Source: Hemiscyllium ocellatum
Lineage: Eukaryota
Direction of reading: 5' to 3'
Assembly: GCF_020745735.1 (NCBI RefSeq)
Contig: NC_083450.1
Location: 10,785,883-10,849,882 of the forward strand
Length of the DNA: 64,000 bases
A program made the translations under genes and the position numbers. Shown piece by piece: positions 9,840 through 20,553 of the stretch. The notes beneath the pieces were generated by a model that made no database searches, was not told where the DNA came from, and was given only the letters and a program-made list of their open reading frames with translations. Each line of letters starts with the position of its first letter. The first letter of the stretch is position 1.

Positions 9840-11135
9840 TTGGAAAGGCAAGGAAAGATTAGGGATAGTCAACATAGCTTTGTGCGTGTAAGATGGAGTT
9901 ATTTGAAGAAGTAACAAAGAGGATTAATGAGGGCAGAACGGTAGATGTGATCTATATGGACTTCAGTAAGGCATTCGACAAGGATCCTCATGAGACACTG
10001 ATTAGCAAGGTTGGATCTCATGGAATACAGGGAGAACTAGCTATTTGGATACAGAACTGGCTCAAAGGTAGAAGACAGATGGTGGTGGTGGAGGGTTGTT
10101 TTTTCAGACTGGAGGCCTGTGACCAATGTAGTGCCACAAGGATTGGTGCTGGGTTTTCTACTTTTTGTCATTTACATAAATGATTTGGATGCGAGCATAA
10201 GAAGTACAGTTAGCAAGTTGCAGATGTTACTAAAATTGGAGGTGTCTTGGACAGCGAAGAAGGTCGCCTCAGATTACAACAGGATCTTGATCAGATGGGC
10301 CAATGGGCTGAGACGTGGCAGATGGAGTTTAATTCAGATAAATGCGGGTGTTGCATTTTGGGAAAGCAAATCATAGAAGGACTTATACACTTAATGGTAA
10401 GGTCCTAGGGAATGTTGCTGAACAAAGAGACCTTGGAGTGCAGGTTCATTGCTCCTCAAAAGTGGAGTCGCAGGTAGACAGGACAGTGAAGAAGACGTTT
10501 GGCATGTTTCCCTTTATTGGTCAGAGTCTTGAGTTCAGGGGTGGGAGGTCTTGTTGCGGCTGTACAGGATATTGGTTAGGCCACTGTTGGAATATTGCGT
10601 GCAATTCTGGTCTCCTTCCTACCGGAAAGATGCTGTGAGACTTGAAAGGGTTCAGAAAAGATATACAAGGATGTTGGCAGAGTTGGAGAATTTGAGTTCC
10701 AGGGAGAGGCTGAAAAGACTGGGGCTGGTTTCCCTGGAGCGTTGGAGGCTTAGGGGTGACCCTATAGAAGTTTACAACATTATGAGGGACAAGGATAGGG
10801 TAAATCGGCAAAGTCCGTTTCCTAGGGTCGGGGAATCCAAAACTAGAGGGTATAAGTTTAGGGTGAGATGGGAAAGATATAAGCGAGACCTAAGGGGCAA
10901 CTTTTTCACACAGACGGTGGTATGTGAATGGAATGTGCTGCTAGACGAAGTGGTGGAGGCTGGTACAATCGCAACATTTAAGAGGCATTTGAATGTGTAT
11001 ATGAAGAGGAAGGGTTTGGAGGGATATGGGCCGGGTGCTGACAAGTGAGGCTAGATTGGGTTGGGATATCTGATCGGCAGGGACGGGTTGCAACAAAGGG
11101 TCTGTTTCAATGCTATACATCTCTATTACTCTATT
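9840..11135 (+). mobile_element. 5'-truncated CR1 LINE (RT and C-terminus), frameshifted
   Basis: YMDFSKAFDK, VPQGLVLG and LVRPLLEYCVQFWSP in ORFs 9893-11048. Confidence 0.9.
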
Positions 11136-11144
11136 TATTTCAAT

Positions 11145-12790
11145 GCAAGGGGCATAACAGGAAAAGGGACGGCTGTAAAATGGGAAACCTTCATAAATGA
11201 GACGAGAATCCAGAGGATGTATATTCCTTTTAGGGTGAAAGGAAAGGCTGGTTGGTATAGGAAATGCTGGATGTTCAAAGAAATTTAGGCTTTTATTTAG
11301 AAAAAGAAGGAAGCATAGTCAGGTACAGACAGGATAGATCGAGTGAATCCTTTGAATAGTATAAAGGCAGTGGGAGTATACTTAAGAGGGAAATCTGGAT
11401 GGCAAAAAGGGGTCATGAAAAAGCTTTGGCAAATAGAATTAAGGAGAATCCAAATGGTTTTTACAAGTACATTAAGGACAGGAGGGTATCTAGGGAGAGA
11501 ATAGAGCCCCTCAAAGATCAGTAAAGTGGCCTTTGTGTTGAGGCACAGAAAATGGGGGAGATACTAAACGAGTATTTTGCATTAGTATTTCCATTGGAAA
11601 AGGATATGGAAGATACAGAATAGGGAAATAGGTGATGACACCTTGAAAAATGTCCATATTTCAGAGAAGGCAGTGCGAGATGTCTTGAAACGCATAAATG
11701 TAGATAAATCGCCAGGAGCTGATCAGGTATATTTGAGAACTCAGTGGGAAGCTGGAGAAGTCATGGCTGGGCCTCTTGCTAAGATACTTGTGTCATCGAT
11801 AGACACAGACGAGGTGCTGGAAGACTGGAGGTTGGCCAACGGACTACCACTGTTTAAGAAGGGTGTTAAGGGCAAGCCTGTGAACGAAAGACCATTGAAG
11901 CTGAACTCAGTGGTGGGCAAGCTCTTGCAGGGAATCCTCAGGCATAGGATGTACATGTATTTGGAAAGGCAACGACTGATTAGGGGTAGTCAACATAGCT
12001 TTGTGCGTGTCAAATCATGCCTCACAAACTTGATGGAATTATTTGAAAAAGTAACAATGAGGATTTATGAGGGCAGAGCGGTAGATGTGATCTATATGGA
12101 CTTCAATAATGCGTTCGACAAGGATCCCCATGGGACACTGATTAGCAAGGTTGGATCTCATAGAATACAGGGAGAACTAGCCATTTGGATACAAAACCAT
12201 CTCAAAGGTAGAAGACAGAGGGAGGTGGTGGAGCGTTGTTTTTCAGACTGGAGGTCTGTGGCAAGTGGAGTGCCACAAGGATCGGTTCTCAGTCCTCTAC
12301 TTTTTGTCATTTACATAAATGATTTGGATGCGAGCATAAGAAGTACAGTTAGTAAGTTTGCAGATGACACCAAAATTGGAGGGGTAGTGGACATCGAAGA
12401 AAGTTACCTCAGATTACAACAGGATCTTGATCAGATGGGCCAATGGGCTGAGAAGTGGCAGATGGCATTTAATTTAGAAAAATGCGGTTGTTGCATTTTG
12501 GGAAAGCAAATCATAGCAGGACATATACATTTAATGGTAAGGTCCTATGGAGTGTTGCTGAACAAGAGAACTTGGAGTTTTGATTCATAATTCCTCGAAA
12601 GTGGATTCGAAGGTTGATTGGATAGTGAAGAAGACGTTTGGTATGCTTTCTTTTATTGGTGAGAGTATTGAGTACAGGAATTGGGAGGTCACATTGCGGC
12701 TGTACGAGACATTAGTTAGGCCACTGTTGGAATATTGCGTGTTATTCTGGTCTCCTTTCTACTCAGAAGATGTTGTGAGACTTGAAACGG
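11145..12790 (+). mobile_element. Decayed CR1 LINE ORF2
   Basis: The 315-aa ORF at 11643-12590 has GVPQGSVLSPLLF and SKFADDTKIGG. Confidence 0.9.
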
Positions 12791-14050
12791 TCTTTGTTTC
12801 CCAAGTGGATCATGGAAGTGGAGACATGTGGGGCCTGGACCTACGCCTTTGGGATTGCAAACAAAACAGTGAAATCCCCCTTGGGACAGATGGCTGGACC
12901 TTGATTAAACTGTGGAAATAATGGCCACTGAGGCGCAAAGTGTCCGTAATGTTACCTTAGAAATGATGCAGGGTTGACATGCTTGTGTCCTTGCAAAAGG
13001 AAGATCTGCTAATATACACTGACTCTCGTGCTGCTTTTGGTACGACCACGATTACAGAGCCCTTTTGTAACATAGAGGAGTTTGAACTTCCACGTGGCAT
13101 TCTATTAATTCTATTATTAATGCTGCTTTGTCCAATCAATGTGGCAGGTATCAAATGTTTGGCTCACATTGAAGCAACTGACACAGTCTCCAAAGGCATG
13201 AGCAGATAGATGCTGCTGCCAATCAGGCTGCCTTATATCCCAAACTTCTGTTCTCATTAGGTCCCCAACAAAACAGACAATGTGGGGGCAGGCATGCCAG
13301 ACCTGGGAAAGGTTCAGAATCCGCAGGGGAAGCCTCTATTGAAAAGTACAAACTATGGAGTCAAATGGGGGCGAGGGGTGGGGGTGGGGGGAATGGGGGT
13401 CCCTCGTTACTCAAGCCAAAGGGTTGGTGACCCCTGCTGGACAAACTTTTGTTCATTCTTTGCTGCAGGTTATTTTCGTTGATGATGCTCATTATTGGGC
13501 AAGGAGGGAACAGTTAATACTTTATTGCAAATTTGTCGGGGCCTAGTTGCTGAGAAAAGAGCTGAAGCATGTCTGATTTTCTTTTAAGACGAATTCTGTA
13601 AAAGGGAAGCCCTGCGGTTGTTGAACCACTTCAATGCCTGGTGGACCTTTTATTTTTCTACGACTTGTTTGTTTTTATAAAATTACTTTGAATACATTGA
13701 ATCGAGTATTGTCTGATAATAGATGTATGTAGTAGATGAATCAAAACCATCCCAACGACTGATACTGCTATCACAACAGTTTTGGACAAGTGGGAAATAT
13801 TTGTAACAGTTAGCCAAAGCTCATCAACGTTTACATTCACAGGTACACCAAGCCTCAGAATTTAGACTGGAAAATTATATCCTGGGAGAAAAGGCCCGTT
13901 CCTAGTTCTGCTGGCCACCCACAAAGCAGTCAATGTCTAGGGAAGCTTGAATAGACGCATACGATTTCATGCCAAGGAGTACCATACCCCCAGAGGAACA
14001 CCAGAGGATCCTGCCAGAGTGATCTGTTCAGCCTCCATGCACACATGCCT
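12790..14050 (+). pseudogene. Decayed class I (gamma/epsilon-like) endogenous retrovirus pol: RNase H and integrase remnants
   Basis: Across frameshifts: ACVLAKGRSANI/YTDSR-AFG, IKCLAH...DTVSKG (RNase H); KGKPCG...PGGPF (after the IN zinc finger); RKGPFLVLLATHKAV (IN C-terminal GPF motif). Confidence 0.65.
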
Positions 14051-14260
14051 CAGCCAAATAGATTTGCATTTCACTACATTTCTTATCTTTATGTAACTAA
14101 CTATGTTTGAATGGAGCACAATGGATAGTCTGATAACCCCGAGTAAATAGGAGTTACAGTTACAGTTTTCTTTATGTGCAGAATTTCGACCACTCTATCT
14201 GATGGGTATGTATCCATAACAATATCCGCTCTGAACTCACACCAAACTTACCCAACATTG

Positions 14261-16665
14261 ATTGGAAATGTTACAGCTCTAGTACGTCAGATGGATCAGT
14301 TTTTATCCAATGTGTACAGGAAGGTTTCCTGACACATTATGTCGAAGAGCCAACAAGAGGGGAGGCCACACTGGATCTGCTGCTTGATAATGAACCAGAC
14401 CAGGTGTTTGATTTAGTTGTAAGTGAGCACTTTGGAGAGATTAATCATAATTCAGTTATGTTTAGTTTAGCGATGGAAGGGGTCCATGCCACAGGTCAAG
14501 AGTTATCGATGGGACAAGGACAATTATAATGCGATGAATCAAGAATTATGTGCATAGAATGGAGTAGCAAAATGCAGGGGGTGCAGGCAATCAAAATGTG
14601 GAGCTGGTTTAAGGAACAGATATTGCGTGTCCTTGCTAGGTATGTCCCTGTCAGACAGGGTGGAAGTAATAAGATAAGGGAACTGTAGTTTGCAACAGAA
14701 ATTGCATCTCTTGTTAAGAAGAAGAAAAAGGAGACTTTGTGTTGATGAGGTCAGATAGTTCAGATAAGGCGATGGAGAGTTACAAATCAGCTAGGAAGGG
14801 TTTAAAGAGAGAGTTAAGAAAAGCAAAGAGAGGACACGAGCAGTCTTTGGCAAATAGAATAAAGGAGAACTCTAAAGCTTTCTGTAGAGCTGTGAGGAAT
14901 AAAAGGATAATTAGGGTAGGAATAGGGCCAGTCAAAGACAGAGGTGGGAAGTTGAGTGTGGACCCTGTAAAGATCGGAGAGGTGCTAAATGAACATTTTT
15001 CATCGGTGTTCATTCAGGAAAAGGAGAATATTGTGGAGGAGAAGAATGAGGTACGAAATATAAGACTAGGAAGGATCGAGGTTAATTACGCTCTGGTGTT
15101 ATCAATTTAGAAGGAGTGAAAGTAGACACGTCCCCTGGGCCGAATGGCATTTTTCGAGGATTCGCTTGGAAGCTAGGGAGGAGATAGCAGAGCCGTTGGC
15201 TTTGACATTTGAGTCGTTATGGTCTACAGGTTTAGTACCTGAGGACTGGAAGATTGAAAATGTTGTGCCCTTGTTCAAGAAGGGCAGCAGAGATGACCGA
15301 TCAGTGAGCGTTACATCTGTTGTAGGAAAGGTTTTGGAAAGAATTTTTATAGATAAGATACATAATCATCTAGCGATCAACAATTTGATTCCAGATAGTC
15401 AACATAGTTTTGTCAAGGGCAGGTCGTGTCTCACAATCCTCATTGAATTTTGTGAGAAGGTGACCAAGGATATAAATGACGGTAGGGCAGTTGACGTGGT
15501 ATACAGGGACTTTAGTAAATCCTTTTATATTGTTCCATATGGTAGAATATTGGAGAAAATGCAGAGACATGGAATTGAGAGTGATTTAGCAGTTTGGATT
15601 AGGAAGTGGAAGAAGGCAGTGAGTGGTGGTTGATGGAAAATATTCTGTCTGGGGTCCAGTTACTAGAGGTGTGCCGCAAGGATCTGTTTGAGACCACTGC
15701 TGTTTGTCATTTTTATAAACGACTTAGACGCAGGCATAGGTGGATGGATCAGTAAATTTGCAGACAGCATTAAAGTCGTTGGAGTAGTGGACAGTTTTAA
15801 TGAATGTTCCAGATTGCAAGGGGACTTGGATAAACTGTAGAATTGGGCTGAGAGGTGACAAATGGATTTCAATACAGCTAAATATGAGGTGATGCACTTT
15901 GGTAAGAATAACAGGAAGGCAGAGTACTGGGTCAATGGAAAGATTCTTGGTAATGTGGATATGCATAGGGATCTTGGAGTCCATATGCATAGATCTCTGA
16001 AAGTTGCCACCCAGGGGGATAGTACTGTGAAGAAGGCATACAGTGTGTAAGGTTTCATTGGTGGAGGCATTGAGTTCTGGAACCGCAATATCATGCCACA
16101 ATGACATAAAAAGCTTGTGCAGCCACACTTGGAATATTGCGTCAGTTCTGGTCGCTCCAGTTCTGGTCACAGCCTCCGCTCCGAAGGATGTGGAAGCATT
16201 GGAAAGGATGCAGAGGAGATTTACCAGGACGTAGCCTGGTCTGGAGGGAAGGTCTTATGAGGAAAGGCTGAGAGACTTGGGTCTGTTGTCATTGGAAAAG
16301 AGAAGGCTACGGGGGCATTTGATAAAGACATACAAGATGATCAGAGGATTAGTGAAATACTTTTTCCTCGGATGATGACGTCAGGTCGTAGGAGAGGGCA
16401 TAACTGCAAATTGATGGGTGATAATTTTAAGACAGATGTCAGAGGAAAGTTCTTTATGCAGACTGGTAAGGGCGTGGATTGCCCTACCTGCTGATGTAGT
16501 AAACGCAGCCACATTATGGAGATTTTAAAAATCCTTAGATAAGCACATGGATGATTTTGGGATAGTGTAGATGGACGAGCTGAGAATAGTTCACAGGTCA
16601 GCCCAACATCGTGGGCCGAAGGGCCTGTACTTTGTTGTACTGTTCTATGATCTATGTTCTATGAA
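14261..16665 (+). mobile_element. Decayed CR1 LINE (endonuclease end through 3' tail)
   Basis: Homologous to the intact copy (ORFs 14739-15110 and 15166-15633); (ttctatg)-like tail at about 16641-16663. Confidence 0.9.
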
Positions 16666-17371
16666 TCCTCATAGAATTTGAGCATCTTGCAGTTTTCTTT
16701 TCCCCGCCTTTGGAACTGCTCGAATAGAAATTGAAGTAACCCTGCAGACAATCCTCTACTCGATTCAGTTCTCTGTTGTGGCCCTACTCTCCAGTGATCG
16801 CGCAGATGCCTATGTTTCCCCTTCCTGCCGAAACCCTCGATAATGATTCCCATTCACTGGAGTCTTCTATCCCTTTCCTTACTGATCGAAGGATTATATG
16901 TCCGATCTCCAACCACCAGTCCCTGACAATCCCCTGGCTATGGGTAAAGTCCCCCTTTTGCTCACAAAGCAATTTTTGCTGTAAAATGTAGTCTGCTATC
17001 CATAGTGCTGTCTGAGTCCTGGCTGAGGAATTGTATTTTCTTAATCTGACTTTGCAGTGGTAGACTGTCTCTGCTCCTCTGACCCTTTGATAGTTCTGCC
17101 TCATACAATAACTTTCTATTTCACTATGTCTCTTATCGAATGTTCTTGCCTAGCTGAACGTGCTGTATAAGATATCATGCAGTTTTGCAGACGTTGTGAA
17201 ATGTAGAACTTTATGACTGCACCTAGTTCGCATAATTAATGGGCATTTTTTATACCATATAAATGGTAACAAGTTGTATTTGCCTCGTACTTCTCCAAAG
17301 GAAGATGTAGCTCCCCCATGTCCATGGAATGAAAGCTAGTTAACTGATAATTTCTCCTCTCCTGACGATTT

Positions 17372-17655
17372 TGATTAGATTAGATTACTTACAGTGTGGA
17401 AACAGGCCATTCGGCCCAACAAGTCCACACCGACCCGCCGAAGTGCAACCCACCCATACCCCTGACTGAACACTACGGGCAATTTAGCATAGCCAATTCA
17501 GCTGAACTGCACATCTTTGGACTGTGGGAGGAAACCCACGCAGACATGGGGAGAACGTGCAAACTCCACACAGTCAGTCGCCTGAGCCGGGAATTGAACC
17601 CAGGTTCCTGGCGCTGTGAGGCAGCAGTGCTAACCATTGTGCCACCGTGCCACCC
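17372..17655 (-). mobile_element. Full-length tRNA-derived SINE
   Basis: Reverse complement starts gggtggcacggtggcacaatggttagcactgctgcc and ends in a (TCTAA)n tail. Confidence 0.9.
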
Positions 17656-18379
17656 ATGTTGTAAATGATTCAGCGAAATATTGACTTTTCCCCAACACTG
17701 ACACAATAGCAGCATTTAAGAAACACGTCAATGAATATATTAGTAAGTTTGGAACAGAGGGACATGCCACGTGTAAGTGAAGACAGTTTCTGTATGTAAA
17801 AGCAAAACGTGTTGGTGCAGGCTTGGAGGGTCAAAGAGCCTATTCCAACTATTGTGTTGTTCTTTCTATCTTCCTCTTTGTAATTCTGGATTTAGGTATA
17901 TTTTCAATGGATACCATTGACAGGTTTATGACCAGATATTAAAATGGGCGTCGATAAAGATAAGGGAGAAATCAGGGTTGGACAAAATAAATGGAAAGAA
18001 TGACATATGTTACAGACGCTGCAGTAGTTTCTTCAGAATTACAAAATAAAACAATGTCCTAACAAAACACACGGAAACCTGCTTGACGAATCAGCATTTG
18101 GAGCATCCACAAACGTTGAGTTGGTATGTGCATATGTGTGTGTGTTTGTGTGTGTCAGTGGGTCAAGTGCAGAAACAAGGATTAGGTTGTTGGTTAAGGA
18201 TTGACGGGTCAAAGCAGGAATTGTTTGAGTGGAACGCGGAAGATATTGTTTATGTTCATAACAACACAGGAAGAAAAGAATTTGCCAATTAAGAGTCTCG
18301 AGCTTGTTCTGTTATTCAATTGGATCATAGCTGATTGTTGGTCTATCTTCTAATTCCATACTTTATCCCTCACAATCTT

Positions 18380-19000
18380 TGCTTAACAATGAAAACTTTA
18401 CCTCAATATTAAAATTAACAGCTGTCTATGGAAAAGAGTTCCAATCATCTACACCTCATTTGTATAGAAGTGCTTCCTAATCTCTTTCTTGAATTGTCTG
18501 ACCTTAATAAAGAGTCTATGCCCCCTAGCTTTGGAAACTCCAAATTTTGAAAATGATTTGCCTTTTTTTAACCCTATCGTTTCCTATTAATATCTTGAAG
18601 AAGTCGATCATAATCTGCTAAAATTTAGAGAAAACAGATCTAATTTGTCTTGTCTGTTCTCATACATTAACTCCAGAAATCTCGTGGGTATCGTTCTTAT
18701 GATTTTGTACTCCCTCCAAAGCCAGTACGTCTTTCACAAGGTTTTGATGCCTATAACTGTTCAAAAGGCTCCAAATGAGTTATAACCTGGGTCTTGTATA
18801 ACTGCAACATAACTTCTGAATCCAAATACTCCAGAACTTCAGATATAAACTTCAACACTTCAGCATTTTTGATTATTTCCTTGCATCTGTTCTTAGCATT
18901 TTAAATATCAATGCATTTGACACAGCAAGACGCTTTGGATATCCATTGTCTTTAACCTCACCTCATGTCGAAAGGGGCATAGTTTATTCTTTCTTTCCAT
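18380..19000 (-). mobile_element. Very decayed CR1-type 3' fragment
   Basis: Resembles the minus-strand CR1 3' ends elsewhere in the window; no long ORF. Confidence 0.5.
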
Positions 19001-19057
19001 CTTACATACATTTCCTTCCAGTGAACTCCATCTGACTCGTTTTCGCTACTTATTTAG

Positions 19058-19345
19058 GGGCGGCACGGTGGCTCACAGCACCAGTATCCTCGTTTCGATT
19101 CCAGCCTCGAGTGAGTCTGTGTGGAGTTTGCACATTCACCCCGTGTCTGCGTGTGTTTCGTCCGTGTGCCCCGGTTTCCTCTGACAGTACAAAGATGTGC
19201 AGGTTACGTGAATTTGCAATACTAAATTGTCCATCGTGTGAGGTGCATTAGTCAGAGGGGAATGGATTTACATGGGTTGCTCTTCGGAGGTTCGGTGTGG
19301 ACTGATTGGGCCAAAGGGCCTGTTTCCACAATGTATGGAATCTAA
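19058..19345 (+). mobile_element. tRNA-derived SINE
   Basis: ggggcggcacggtggctc head and gggcctgtttccaca 3' part shared with the other copies. Confidence 0.85.
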
Positions 19346-19818
19346 TTTTTAAAAAACTACAATAATCAATATCTGTTTATACTTCGAAGCTAATGTTTGC
19401 ACTATCTGCAATGCAACTACAATAGCAAGTTTGGAGATGTGGCTTTCTGTGCCATTATCCAAGTCGTTAATTAATAACATTAATAATTGCTGTTCGTGCA
19501 CAGATCCTTGTGAGACACCACTGGTTACTGCCAATTTGACTTCATTCTACACCCCCCAATTCCCAACACCATGATCTGAACTCTCTGTTGTCAGACACTC
19601 AAAAGAAATTATTATCATGCCAGTAATTTACCCTCACATCAATGGGCTTCTTACTTTGGAAGCCCTTACATTGAAAAATATTAAATGGAATTTGTAAGTC
19701 TATAAAGAATCCAAAGATATTCCACTGTCCACTACATTAATCTTCAAAACTTTCAGTGCATGCTGGCTTTCTATGATTAACTGAACAATTTCTAGTTGTT
19801 CAGTCACTCCATTCATGC

Positions 19819-20553
19819 TTTAGGCAAGTAGTTACTCCGAAAGTTCAAGATAGATGGGTGACAGTGAGGGGGAGTGGGAGGAGGAAGCCAGTGCAGGGAC
19901 CCCCTGCGGTCATTCCCCTCAAGAACAAGTATACCGTTTTGGATACTTGTGGGGGGGATGACTTACCAGGGGCAAGCAACGAGGTTCAGGCCTTTGGCAC
20001 GGAGCCTGGCCCCGTTGCTCAGAAGGGTAGGGTGGAGAAAGGTAGAGCAATAGTTCTTGGGGACTCGATAGTGAGGGGTACAGACAGACGGTTTTGTGGG
20101 GGCGACAGGGACTCACGTTTGGTATGTTGCCTCCCAGGTGCAAGGGTACGTGATGTCGCTGATCGTGTTTTCCGGGTCCTTAAGGGGGAGGGGGAGCAGC
20201 CCCAGATCGTGGTCCACGTTGGCACCAACGATATAGGTAGAAAGAAGGGTGAGGATGTCAGACAGGCTTTCAGGGAGCTAGGTTGGAAGCTCAGAGTTAG
20301 AACAATCAGAGTTGTAGTCTCTGGTTTGTTACCCGTGCCACGTGATAGAGAGTCGAGGAATAGGGAGAGAGAGCAGTTAAATGCGTGGCTACAGGGATGG
20401 TGCAGGAGGGAGGGATTCCGGTTTCTGGACAACTGGGGTCCTTTCTGGGGAAGGTGGGACCTCTATAAAAAGGATGGGCTACACCTGAACCTGAGGGGCA
20501 CCAGTGTCCTTGGGGGGAGGTTTGCTAGTGCTCTTTGGGAGGGTTTAAACTAA
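19819..20553 (+). CDS. CR1 ORF1 C-terminal part: SGNH/GDSL esterase domain
   Basis: IVLGDSIVRG, VVHVGTNDIG and KDGLHLN motifs. The frame is open upstream of the GTG (FRQVVTPKVQDRWVT), so the true start was lost by truncation. Confidence 0.92.
   Translation, partial: FRQVVTPKVQDRWVTVRGSGRRKPVQGPPAVIPLKNKYTVLDTCGGDDLPGASNEVQAFGTEPGPVAQKGRVEKGRAIVLGDSIVRGTDRRFCGGDRDSRLVCCLPGARVRDVADRVFRVLKGEGEQPQIVVHVGTNDIGRKKGEDVRQAFRELGWKLRVRTIRVVVSGLLPVPRDRESRNREREQLNAWLQGWCRREGFRFLDNWGPFWGRWDLYKKDGLHLNLRGTSVLGGRFASALWEGLN

Noticed and set aside
13469-13546. Strong-looking acceptor followed by VIFVDDAHYW...
   Set aside because: It lies inside the ERV pol remnant.
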